A stretch of 39,482 nucleotides of DNA from Ignavibacteria bacterium (lineage in GTDB: Bacteria; Bacteroidota; Ignavibacteria; Tepidaquicellales; OLB5): the NCBI GenBank assembly GCA_026417195.1, contig JAOADS010000002.1, forward strand, positions 1 through 39,482, given 5' to 3'. Under the pieces are notes generated by a model. The model ran no database searches and was not told where the DNA came from. It saw only the letters and a program-made list of their open reading frames with translations. The position numbers and the translations under genes are program-made. Of the stretch, positions 9,836 to 19,179 are shown piece by piece (position 1 is the first letter of the stretch; each line of letters starts with the position of its first letter).

Positions 9836-11485
9836 GTGCATAGAATTATAAAAGCACCTACAGGTACGAATTTATCATGTAAAAACTGGATAACCGAGGC
9901 AGCTATGAGAATGCTTATGAATAATCTTGATCCGGATGTTGCGGAGAAACCTGATGAACTGATAGTTTACGGAGGCGGAGGTAAAGCAGCACGTAACTGG
10001 GAATGTTATGATAAGATAATAGAGTCACTGAAAAATCTTGAAATTGATGAAACACTTCTTGTTCAGTCAGGCAAGCCGGTTGCTATATTCAAAACCTATA
10101 GTGATGCTCCAAGGGTTATAATCTCCAATGCTCAGCTTGTTCCAGCCTGGGCAACGTGGGATGAATTCCGCAAACTTGATGCTCTTGGACTAACAATGTA
10201 CGGGCAGATGACAGCGGGCTCATGGATTTACATAGGATCTCAGGGAATTTTACAGGGAACATATGAAACGTTTGCAGCCTGTGCAGACAAACATTTTGAC
10301 GGAACGCTTGAGGGCAGATTCGTTTTAACGTCTGGCCTTGGCGGAATGGGAGGAGCTCAGCCTCTTGCTGCAACAATGAACGGTGCGGCATTTTTAGGTG
10401 TTGATGTTGATCCGGACAGAATCAGAAAAAGAATCGATACAGGATACTGCGATGTAATGACATTTGATATTGATGAAGCACTGAAAATAGTGCTTGAGGC
10501 TAAACAGAAAAAACTGGCTAAGTCAGTTGGTCTTGTCGGTAATGCAGGTGAAGTTCTCCCTGAGCTTCTGAGAAGAAATATAATTCCAGACGTTGTTACT
10601 GATCAGACTTCTGCACATGATATGCTGAACGGATATGTTCCGATGAACATGAAACTTGAGGAGGCTTTTGAGCTGAGGAAAACTGACCCGGAGAAGTACA
10701 TCAAGCTCTCACGGGAAACCGTTGTAATTCACTGCCGTGCAATGTATGAGTTTATGCAGAGAGGTTCGGTAGTGTTTGATTACGGTAACAATATCCGCGG
10801 TGAAGCATATAATAACTGTTTCAAATCAGCTTTTGAAATACCCGGATTTGTTCCTGAATACATCCGTCCTTTGTTCTGTGACGGTAAAGGTCCTTTCAGA
10901 TGGGCAGCTTTAAGCGGTGATCCAAATGATATATTTATAACAGATGAATATGTAATTAAAACTTTCCCTGAAAACAAGGCTCTTATCAGATGGATTGAAA
11001 AAGCTCAGAAAAAGGTTCACTTTCAGGGACTGCCTGCCAGGATATGCTGGTTAGGTTACGGAGAGCGTGCGAGGATGGGGAAAATTTTTAATGACCTCGT
11101 CCGTGAAGGGAAAGTCAAGGCACCTATAGTTATAGGCCGAGACCATCTGGATTGCGGAAGTGTAGCTTCACCGAATCGTGAAACAGAGAAGATGAAAGAT
11201 GGCTCTGATGCGATAGCTGACTGGCCAATACTTAACTTCGCGTTGAATGCAATTGGCGGGGCAAGCTGGGTTTCACTTCATCACGGTGGCGGAGTTGGAA
11301 TCGGACTTTCTATTCATGCGGGTATGGTAATAGTAGCTGATGGAACAGATGAAGCTGAAAAAAGATTACAGAGAGTTCTTACTTACGATACGGCTATGGG
11401 AATAGTGCGTCATGCTGATGCGGGATATGAAAGAGCAGTTGAGAATAAGAGAAAATTCGGAATTAATATGCCTATGATAGAATGA
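9836..11485 (+). CDS. hutU: Urocanate hydratase
   Basis: GTG start preceded by [51 protein letters not shown], and GRDHLD...SPNRETE all run colinear with HutU. Confidence 0.95.
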   Translation: MHRIIKAPTGTNLSCKNWITEAAMRMLMNNLDPDVAEKPDELIVYGGGGKAARNWECYDKIIESLKNLEIDETLLVQSGKPVAIFKTYSDAPRVIISNAQLVPAWATWDEFRKLDALGLTMYGQMTAGSWIYIGSQGILQGTYETFAACADKHFDGTLEGRFVLTSGLGGMGGAQPLAATMNGAAFLGVDVDPDRIRKRIDTGYCDVMTFDIDEALKIVLEAKQKKLAKSVGLVGNAGEVLPELLRRNIIPDVVTDQTSAHDMLNGYVPMNMKLEEAFELRKTDPEKYIKLSRETVVIHCRAMYEFMQRGSVVFDYGNNIRGEAYNNCFKSAFEIPGFVPEYIRPLFCDGKGPFRWAALSGDPNDIFITDEYVIKTFPENKALIRWIEKAQKKVHFQGLPARICWLGYGERARMGKIFNDLVREGKVKAPIVIGRDHLDCGSVASPNRETEKMKDGSDAIADWPILNFALNAIGGASWVSLHHGGGVGIGLSIHAGMVIVADGTDEAEKRLQRVLTYDTAMGIVRHADAGYERAVENKRKFGINMPMIE

Positions 11486-12711
11486 AAAAATTTGACATAC
11501 CTGTTTACTACCGAAGTTCAGTAATATCTCAGATTAAAAATTTCAGGAAACTTACGGACCCGCGTAAGAAAGATTATTCTCCCTCAGTTCTTGATTTCGG
11601 ACCTGTGGTTTTTCTTATTGCAAGACATTTCGGATTTTGTTACGGAGTAGAAAACGCCATCGAGATAGCTTATAAGTCCATAGAGGAAAATCCGGACAAA
11701 AGGGTTTTTCTTCTAAGTGAGATGATACATAATCCAAGTGTTAATGAAGATTTAAGACAAAGAGGTGTTAGATTTATCAGAGAGTACAGCGGCAGACAGC
11801 TCATTGACTGGGATGAGCTTAAATCAGAAGACATTGTTATAGTGCCAGCTTTCGGGACTACACTTGAAATTTATGAACTTTTAAGGAAAAAGGGTATAGA
11901 TCCCTATAGATATGATACCACCTGTCCCTTTGTTGAAAAGGTCTGGAACAGGGCTGAAGCTTTAGGGAAGAAAGGTTTCACTATAGTAGTTCACGGTAAA
12001 TACAAGCATGAGGAAACAATAGCGACATTTTCTCATTCACGCAAGAACTCGCCAACTGTTATAGTAAGAAATATACAGGAAGCATCCGTCCTGGCTGATA
12101 TAATTACCGGCAGAATTCCGGAAGTAAAGTTTTATGAATATTTTAAAGGTAAATATTCTGAAGGATTTAATGTTTCATCTGATCTTTCAAGGATTGGTGT
12201 CGTCAATCAGACAACTATGCTTGCAACCGAGACACAGGAAATTTCAGAGCTTCTGAAAAATGCAATGTCACAAAGATACGGTCCGGAAAAAGTAGCTGAA
12301 CACTGGGCTGATACAAGTGATACTTTATGTTATGCAACTTATGACAATCAGTATGCTACAATGGGAATGCTTGAGCATGAGGCAGATCTTGCAATTGTTG
12401 TTGGCGGATATAACAGTTCAAACACTTCACATATTGTAGAATTATGTATGGAGAAACTTCCGGTGTTTTTTATCTCATGTGCAGATAAAATTATTTCCTC
12501 TTCATCAATCAAACATTTCAGTATAATTACTCACGAAGAAGTTATTACCGAAAACTGGATGCCTGAAAAAGATATTGTTAAAATCATGCTTACCAGCGGA
12601 GCATCGTGTCCAGATGCTATAATGGATGAGGTGCTGAATAAGATAGTTTCATTTTTTCCTGGTTCAAAGAGTCTTGAAGATGTACTTAATGCTTATGTAT
12701 CAGCCCAGTAA
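11482..12711 (+). CDS. ispH: 4-hydroxy-3-methylbut-2-enyl diphosphate reductase (long form)
   Basis: [41 protein letters not shown] (three Cys/cluster motifs). ATGA overlap with hutU. Confidence 0.9.
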   Translation: MKKFDIPVYYRSSVISQIKNFRKLTDPRKKDYSPSVLDFGPVVFLIARHFGFCYGVENAIEIAYKSIEENPDKRVFLLSEMIHNPSVNEDLRQRGVRFIREYSGRQLIDWDELKSEDIVIVPAFGTTLEIYELLRKKGIDPYRYDTTCPFVEKVWNRAEALGKKGFTIVVHGKYKHEETIATFSHSRKNSPTVIVRNIQEASVLADIITGRIPEVKFYEYFKGKYSEGFNVSSDLSRIGVVNQTTMLATETQEISELLKNAMSQRYGPEKVAEHWADTSDTLCYATYDNQYATMGMLEHEADLAIVVGGYNSSNTSHIVELCMEKLPVFFISCADKIISSSSIKHFSIITHEEVITENWMPEKDIVKIMLTSGASCPDAIMDEVLNKIVSFFPGSKSLEDVLNAYVSAQ

Positions 12712-13419
12712 CCGTTCACTTACTTCCCTGTAAGCTGCATCCACATCTCCAAGGTCAAACCTGAAAACGTCCTTATCAAGTTTTCTTCCGGTTTTAATGT
12801 CCCAGAGCCTGCATGTATCGGGTGTGATTTCGTCTCCTAAAATTATTCTTCCGTTTTTATCTTTTCCGAATTCAAGTTTGAAGTCCACAAGTTTTAATCC
12901 CTTTTTTCTGAATAAAGGTATAAGAACAGAGTTAATTTTCAGTGCAAGTTTTTTCAGTGTTAGCAGGTCTTTTTCATTACCTAATTTCATTGCTAGTGCA
13001 TGTGAGTCTGAAATCATGGGATCACCAAGGGCATCGTTTTTATAATAAAATTCCACTATTGGTTTCGGAAGAATCTGTCCTTCCCTGAAACTTGTTTTCT
13101 TTAAAAGACTGCCAGCAGCTATATTTCTTACAACAACTTCTATGGGAATTATTTTTAATTTATGAATTACCATTTCAGTGGGAGATATCTGTTTAACCAA
13201 ATGAGTCTTTATCCGCTTTTTTTCAAGATATCTGAATATATAATCCGTAAGCCCGCAGTTGATTATCCCTTTGTTGAGGATTTTCCCTTTCTTCTGAGCG
13301 TTAAATGCTGTAGCATCATCTTTGAATTCCTGAATCAGAAGTCCTTTTAATCCCTTAATGGTGTATAACTTCTTTGCTTTTCCTTCATATATTAGTTTAT
13401 TTTTCCTATATGGTGTCAT
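12700..13419 (-). CDS. purC: Phosphoribosylaminoimidazole-succinocarboxamide (SAICAR) synthase
   Basis: LIYEGKAKKLY, PIEVVVRNIAAGS, LGDEITPDTCRLWD. Confidence 0.92.
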   Translation of the reverse strand: MTPYRKNKLIYEGKAKKLYTIKGLKGLLIQEFKDDATAFNAQKKGKILNKGIINCGLTDYIFRYLEKKRIKTHLVKQISPTEMVIHKLKIIPIEVVVRNIAAGSLLKKTSFREGQILPKPIVEFYYKNDALGDPMISDSHALAMKLGNEKDLLTLKKLALKINSVLIPLFRKKGLKLVDFKLEFGKDKNGRIILGDEITPDTCRLWDIKTGRKLDKDVFRFDLGDVDAAYREVSERLLG

Positions 13420-13564
13420 ATTTTTTTAATTTCAGCAAACTTAAAAATAAGTCATTCAAATTACAATCCAATGGAATAAATTTCATATATAAGTTTTTAT
13501 TTTTGTTCTTAAGTTTAATTAGCTGTTTGATTTACCTATTCTCTTAAAGTGATTTTGGATATTT

Positions 13565-14146
13565 TTGAATCACTTGAAGGCTTCTTTTAAAGAAATATTC
13601 CGTAATCTTCCGGCTCTGGAAACTGAGAGACTAAGGCTCAGGAAACTTTCACTGAGAGACGCTACTGATATTTATGAATATGCAAGTTCACCGGAGGTGT
13701 CTGAACATGTTAGCTGGGAATATCACAGAGATATTTCTGATTCTGTGAGGTTTCTGAGAACCATAGTTCAGCAATATGAATCCGGTCTTCCTTCACCGTG
13801 GGGAATTGTTCTGAAGAACGAGCGTAAATTAATAGGCACTATTGGTTTTCATACTTATTCACCTGAAAATTTCTATGGTGAGATAGGATACGCTTTGTCA
13901 AACCGGTACTGGAACAACGGATATATGACAGAGGCATTCAAAGAAGTGCTGAGGTTCGGATTTGAAGTTCTTAAACTTAATAGAATAGAAGCAACCTGTA
14001 AGCCAATGAATATCCGATCTGAAAGGGTGATGATAAAATGCGGGCTTAAATTTGAAGGACTGCTAAGGCAGAGGTTATTTACAAAAAATTCATTCCATGA
14101 TTTAAAGATTTTTTCAATTCTCAAATCAGAATATTTCAAGCTCTGA
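13565..14146 (+). CDS. GNAT family N-acetyltransferase (RimJ/RimL-like)
   Basis: TERLRLRKLSLRDA..., GEIGYALSNRYWNNGYMTEA, NRIEATCKPMNIRSERVMIKCGLKFEG. TTG start. Confidence 0.8.
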   Translation: MNHLKASFKEIFRNLPALETERLRLRKLSLRDATDIYEYASSPEVSEHVSWEYHRDISDSVRFLRTIVQQYESGLPSPWGIVLKNERKLIGTIGFHTYSPENFYGEIGYALSNRYWNNGYMTEAFKEVLRFGFEVLKLNRIEATCKPMNIRSERVMIKCGLKFEGLLRQRLFTKNSFHDLKIFSILKSEYFKL

Positions 14147-14664
14147 TGGCAAAGAAAAAGAAAGACGATCTTATACAGATTTTAACGGAACGGGCTGGAA
14201 ATTATATGGGTAAGGGAGTTAATCACGAGAACAAAGAATTTAAAGGGAATCTTGAACTGAAACCAATCATTGATAATAAAGGTATTCTTTTGAAATATCT
14301 TGCCGTGGGTACTGAGGGTACTGAGTTTAAAAAAGATTCAACATTATATAATGTTGAAACCGTATTATATAATGAAGAAGTTACATTAATTTGCAGAGAC
14401 AATAATAATGAGATATGTCTCTGGACTCTGAATAACAATATAGGAACTCTCCAGAAGTTTGAGCTGAGGCGTTTCAGACATGTTTCGAAGAACCGTATGA
14501 TAATAATATTCGGATATGGGGATAAAGAAGACAATCAGATTTTCCGTGAGGAGATTACAGTAGAACTATGGGAAAACGGAGATTTAAGCTATAACTATTC
14601 ATGGGGAGAATCCGGGGGACACTACATTTCTCGTTCCACGGTCAGAATGAAAAAAACAAGTTAG
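14146..14664 (+). CDS. Hypothetical protein (172 aa), no family recognised
   Basis: Fills the gap exactly between its neighbours (TGATG overlap upstream, adjacent ATG downstream). No recognisable motifs. Confidence 0.5.
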   Translation: MAKKKKDDLIQILTERAGNYMGKGVNHENKEFKGNLELKPIIDNKGILLKYLAVGTEGTEFKKDSTLYNVETVLYNEEVTLICRDNNNEICLWTLNNNIGTLQKFELRRFRHVSKNRMIIIFGYGDKEDNQIFREEITVELWENGDLSYNYSWGESGGHYISRSTVRMKKTS

Positions 14665-15345
14665 ATGATGAAATGTTATAAGAAACTTTTAGTAACGCTT
14701 TTCGTATTCCTCATCACCAGTGGATCTGATTCGCAGACACAGTTTTCATCAGCATTCAGAATAGCAAGACTGAAATATTCCGGAGGAGGAGACTGGTATA
14801 ACGATCCGTCAGCGGAAGTGAATATGATGAACTATCTCAGACAACATACAGTTATTGATGTTGATGAACCGAAGTTTTACACTGTTGATATAGCAAGTGA
14901 TGAGATTTTCAACTATCCGTTTATAGTTATCACCGGACATGGTAATATTTCTTTTTCGGAAAGTGAGGTTAGAAGGCTTAGAACCTATCTTGAGCGGGGA
15001 GGTTTTCTTTTTGCTGATGATGATTACGGAATGGACAAAGCCTTCAGAAGGGAAATGGGAAAGGTTTTTCCGGATCAGAAGATGCAGGAGCTACCGTTTA
15101 ATCATGAAATTTATTCATCTCACTTTAATTTTCCTTCAGGATTACCGAAAATACATGAACACGACGCCAAGCCTCCTCAGGGTTTCGGGTATTTTCTAAA
15201 CGGCAGGCTTTGTGTCTTCTACACTTATGAAACCAATATTACAGACGGATGGGCTGATCCGAGAGAACATGATGATCCGCCCGAGAAACGTGAGGAAGCT
15301 TTTAAAATGGGCACGAACATTATTGTCTATGCACTTTCAAACTAA
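14665..15345 (+). CDS. DUF4159-like secreted protein
   Basis: Signal peptide followed by ARLKYSGGGDWYNDPSAEVN, which I recognise as the DUF4159 N-terminal signature. Confidence 0.6.
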   Translation: MMKCYKKLLVTLFVFLITSGSDSQTQFSSAFRIARLKYSGGGDWYNDPSAEVNMMNYLRQHTVIDVDEPKFYTVDIASDEIFNYPFIVITGHGNISFSESEVRRLRTYLERGGFLFADDDYGMDKAFRREMGKVFPDQKMQELPFNHEIYSSHFNFPSGLPKIHEHDAKPPQGFGYFLNGRLCVFYTYETNITDGWADPREHDDPPEKREEAFKMGTNIIVYALSN

Positions 15346-15346
15346 C

Positions 15347-16165
15347 TTATCTCCAGTTCCTCCTCTTGGCATCTGAAGGGATTTCCACTCTGAAGTCAAT
15401 GTAACTCTGATTCAGACTGACGTTATCCATAGTTATCCTGAAATACTCTTTCTGTTTAGGTCTTCTGATTTCTACTTTTTTGGCGTAATTGTTTCCGTTA
15501 TATGAGGAAAAGTCAGAAAACTCAAAAGATATAAGTGTTTCACCTTTTTTGTTCATATAGAGATATTTGTTAACAAAATAGTTTTCCCTGTCAATCCAAT
15601 ATTTGCGAGTTATGGTTCCTCTTTTAAGTGAGATAAGGATCTGATTTCCTTCCTCGCTTAAGTTAAGTTCATCTTTTTTCCCCCGTGGTATTCTCACTGT
15701 ACCTGAAAAGCAATTTAAAAGGTCATCAAATGTACATCTGATCCTTGTGAGCTGTCCTATATTAAGTATGCTGGTTGAGCCAGTTGTTGCTACGTCATTG
15801 AGATCGTCAAAGAAAATAAATCTTTCTCTGTTGAAATGTCCGCATGCCACATCTATACCCAAAGGTCCTTCTATCTTAAACCACACATCATCTTTTTTCT
15901 TAACATGTATTTCGATTGAGCCTGTCTCATCAACTTTAGGAGTTTTAACCTTTATTTCTCCGGTTGATATTATATTATCTATCTCTGCAGAGCGTTTATT
16001 CACTTCCTTTATTATTCTGATTATCTCTGCTTTTTGCGGATCGGTTTCTTCTGTTTCAAGGGAATCCTCTGTCTGACTTATGGTTGTGTCACTTTCATCC
16101 TGGCTATATGTGACATCCAACCTTATGAGTGTAGAAAGTATAATGAGTAACGTAAAAGTTTTCAT
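15347..16165 (-). CDS. Secreted/lipoprotein-like protein, possibly DUF4292 (LolB-like)
   Basis: Signal peptide. Size and beta-rich pattern (GEIKVKTPKVDETGSIEIHVKKKDDVWFKIEGPLGIDV) resemble DUF4292. This is a weak call. Confidence 0.4.
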   Translation of the reverse strand: MKTFTLLIILSTLIRLDVTYSQDESDTTISQTEDSLETEETDPQKAEIIRIIKEVNKRSAEIDNIISTGEIKVKTPKVDETGSIEIHVKKKDDVWFKIEGPLGIDVACGHFNRERFIFFDDLNDVATTGSTSILNIGQLTRIRCTFDDLLNCFSGTVRIPRGKKDELNLSEEGNQILISLKRGTITRKYWIDRENYFVNKYLYMNKKGETLISFEFSDFSSYNGNNYAKKVEIRRPKQKEYFRITMDNVSLNQSYIDFRVEIPSDAKRRNWR

Positions 16166-16274
16166 CTTTTTTCCCCTCTTTTTTATATATAACTAATTCT
16201 AATTAAGTGTTAAATTAGTAAATAATCATAAGTGTTTCATCACTTTTATACAGTAGAATTTTTAAACACAAAGT

Positions 16275-17666
16275 ATGATAAAAAACAGAACAGAAAAGGA
16301 TTCTTTAGGAGAAGTTAAGGTTCCTTCTCATGCTTACTATGGCGTACAGACTCAAAGGGCAGTAGAAAATTTCCCCGTTAGTTCTCTGAAAGCTCATCCA
16401 GTCTTAATTGAAGCTTATGTTTATATAAAAAAAGCTGCTGCTATGACTAACAGTTCTTTGGGTCTTTTGGACAGGAAAAAAGCTCAGGCTATTATAAAGG
16501 CTTCAGATGAGATTCTAAACGGGAAACACAGGGAACACTTCGTTGTTGACGTTTATCAGGCAGGAGCCGGCACTTCACATAATATGAACACAAATGAAGT
16601 TCTGGCAAACCGTGCAATTGAACTGCTTGGAGGAAGTAGAGGTGATTACAGTATAATTCATCCCAACGATCACGTTAATATGGCTCAGTCAACAAACGAT
16701 ACCTTTCCGACAGCAATGCGTATAGCTTCACTGAGAATGACAGAAAGTTTTTTACCTGTAATAAAAAATTTTCGGAATACTCTCAGAAAGAAATCACGTG
16801 AATTTTCAAAAGTAATAAAATCAGGAAGGACTCATCTTCAGGATGCAGCTCCTGTAACGCTTGGTCAGGAATTTTCAGGGTATGCTGAAACGGTTTCGAG
16901 ACATTATGATATTATAAAATCCACTCAGAAGTATCTTCTTGAGCTGGGGATAGGAGGAACAGCTGTCGGAACGGGACTGAATACACATGTGAATTACAGA
17001 AAACTTATGGTCAAGAACCTTTCTGCAATTACAGGATACAGATTCAGGCAGGCTAAAAATTATTTTGAGGCTATGCAGAGTATGCTTCCTTTCATGCATC
17101 TCTCTTCAGCTATAAATAATTTTGCTCATGATCTTACCAGAATCACAAATGATATACGGCTTATGGCATCAGGACCCACAACGGGATTTGCTGAGATAAT
17201 TTTACCTGCTGTTCAACCTGGTTCTTCAATTATGCCGGGTAAGGTTAATCCATCTATGGCAGAGATGATGAATCAGGTGCTTTATCAGGTGATGGGGAAT
17301 CATCAAACCGTGATGATGTGTTCTCAGGCGGGACAACTTGAATTAAATGTAATGATGCCTGTTATGATATTTAACATAATATGGATGATAGAAATTTTCA
17401 GGAATGCACTTAAAGTGTTTGACAGTAAGTGTGTTGCGGGCATTAAAGCTGATAAGAAGAAATGCCGTGAATATGCAGAGAAATCTATCAGTATAGTTAC
17501 TGCTTTGAATCCTATAATCGGATATGCAAAGGCGGCCGAGATTGCAAAGGAATCGGTTAAAACAGGCCGCTCAATTATGGACGTGATTCGTTCAAAAAAG
17601 ATAATGTCTGAAAAAGAATTGAACAAGGTTCTGGATTTAATGAAGCTTACTAAACCGGGATTATAA
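16275..17666 (+). CDS. Aspartate ammonia-lyase / class II fumarase family lyase
   Basis: GSSIMPGKVNP signature, QAGAGTSHNMNTNEV, TH.QDA. The N-terminus (DSLGEVKVPSHAYYG) looks more AspA-like, while the SS-loop Gly looks FumC-like. The subfamily is not resolved. Confidence 0.88.
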   Translation: MIKNRTEKDSLGEVKVPSHAYYGVQTQRAVENFPVSSLKAHPVLIEAYVYIKKAAAMTNSSLGLLDRKKAQAIIKASDEILNGKHREHFVVDVYQAGAGTSHNMNTNEVLANRAIELLGGSRGDYSIIHPNDHVNMAQSTNDTFPTAMRIASLRMTESFLPVIKNFRNTLRKKSREFSKVIKSGRTHLQDAAPVTLGQEFSGYAETVSRHYDIIKSTQKYLLELGIGGTAVGTGLNTHVNYRKLMVKNLSAITGYRFRQAKNYFEAMQSMLPFMHLSSAINNFAHDLTRITNDIRLMASGPTTGFAEIILPAVQPGSSIMPGKVNPSMAEMMNQVLYQVMGNHQTVMMCSQAGQLELNVMMPVMIFNIIWMIEIFRNALKVFDSKCVAGIKADKKKCREYAEKSISIVTALNPIIGYAKAAEIAKESVKTGRSIMDVIRSKKIMSEKELNKVLDLMKLTKPGL

Positions 17667-17669
17667 TCT

Positions 17670-18023
17670 ATGAAAATCATTTATCAGAAAACTGAAGATG
17701 GTTATATTACTAACATTGATATGGAGACTTTTGAGAATGTTATACTGAAGAATTTCGACAGAGTCAATATTATTGATATCAGAACCCCAGATAATTTTTC
17801 AGAGGGTCATATAGAAGGCTCCATTAATATAGATATGATGGATCCGTCTTTCGCTGAAAAACTTGATAAGCTTGACAGAGATAAGGTATATTATATAGTT
17901 TCAGATAATCTGAGTTTATGTGGATTAACAAAAGTAATAATGGACAAGATGAGATTTAAATTCGTTCATGACATAAAAGGCGTTATTTCAGAATACAGGG
18001 GAAACTTAGTTAAATCCATTTAA
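17670..18023 (+). CDS. Single-domain rhodanese-homology protein (apparently lacking the canonical catalytic Cys)
   Basis: IIDIRTPDNFSEGHIEGSINID motif. Gap-free alignment to GlpE places Val/Ser where the active-site Cys should be. Confidence 0.7.
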   Translation: MKIIYQKTEDGYITNIDMETFENVILKNFDRVNIIDIRTPDNFSEGHIEGSINIDMMDPSFAEKLDKLDRDKVYYIVSDNLSLCGLTKVIMDKMRFKFVHDIKGVISEYRGNLVKSI

Positions 18024-18030
18024 CTGCTTT

Positions 18031-19179
18031 TTGAACCCAACCAGAGCTGAAATAGATTTCTCAAAACTTTCTTTTAATGTAAAGGAAATAAGAAAACATA
18101 TCAGAAAAAATTCCGCCGGGAAAAACATAAAGATATGCGGAGTGGTTAAAGCTAATGCTTATGGACACGGTATAGAGGAAGTAAGCATGAAGCTTGTTCA
18201 GTTAGGAACAGATTTTCTGGGAGTTGCAAATTATGATGAAGCTATAAAATTAAGGAGACTGATTCCAGATTCACCTATACTTGTTTTCGGGACACTGATA
18301 CATTCTAAACTTGAACCACAGAAATATGTAACATTGCTCTACAGACATGACCTTACAGCAACGGTGGCATCTCTTGATACAGCAAGGTTTCTTGATTATT
18401 ACAGTGCAAGATTCAGAAAGAAGTTCAAAGTACATATAAAAATAGATACAGGTATGAGGCGTATAGGCTTTGATTATAAGAGGGCTGTTCAGAATGTAGA
18501 GAAAATTGCCATGATGAAGAATCTTGAACTTGAAGGCATTTACACACATTTTGCAACATCTGAAGAGAAGGATAAGTCTTTCTGTAAGCTGCAGCTGCTA
18601 AGATTTAAAGAGGTTCTGCATAAACTTAAAAAGTGTGGTATAGAGTTTCCCTATGTTCATGCAGCTAACAGCGGTGCAATTCTTGATATGAAAGAAACCT
18701 ATTTTAATATGGTAAGGCCTGGTATTCTGCTTTACGGATATTATCCGTCGAATTCAGTTAAGAACAAGATTCCTCTGAAGCCGGTGATGAATTTCAAATC
18801 CAAGATAACTTACATAAAAAAAGTTGAAAAAGGAGAAGGGGTATCCTATGGCAGGAAATACCGTGCTCCAGGGGATATTTTCATAGGTTCTATACCTGTA
18901 GGATACGGAGATGGTTTCTGGAGGAGACTGTCGGGGAAAACAAAACTTTTGATAAGAAATAAATTCTACAGGCAGGTTGGTATAATTACAATGGACTGGC
19001 TTATGGCTGAGCTTGGTGAGAGATATACGGTGAGAATCGGAGACGATGTGCTTCTTATGGGAGAAGAAAACGGTTTTAACCTTGGAGCTGATAAGTTAGC
19101 CTCAATCTGCGGTACAATTCCATATGAACTGCTCTGTTCAGTTGCAGACAGAGTGGAAAGAGTTTATCTCAACAGATGA
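18031..19179 (+). CDS. alr: Alanine racemase
   Basis: RAEIDFSKL..., GVVKANAYGHG (PLP-Lys motif), YTHFA, PVGYGDG. TTG start. Confidence 0.9.
   Translation: MNPTRAEIDFSKLSFNVKEIRKHIRKNSAGKNIKICGVVKANAYGHGIEEVSMKLVQLGTDFLGVANYDEAIKLRRLIPDSPILVFGTLIHSKLEPQKYVTLLYRHDLTATVASLDTARFLDYYSARFRKKFKVHIKIDTGMRRIGFDYKRAVQNVEKIAMMKNLELEGIYTHFATSEEKDKSFCKLQLLRFKEVLHKLKKCGIEFPYVHAANSGAILDMKETYFNMVRPGILLYGYYPSNSVKNKIPLKPVMNFKSKITYIKKVEKGEGVSYGRKYRAPGDIFIGSIPVGYGDGFWRRLSGKTKLLIRNKFYRQVGIITMDWLMAELGERYTVRIGDDVLLMGEENGFNLGADKLASICGTIPYELLCSVADRVERVYLNR

Noticed and set aside
13420-13564. Possible purine riboswitch or other leader upstream of purC in the divergent intergenic region.
   Set aside because: The region is extremely AT-rich, with no GC-supported stems and none of the conserved purine-riboswitch loop motifs.
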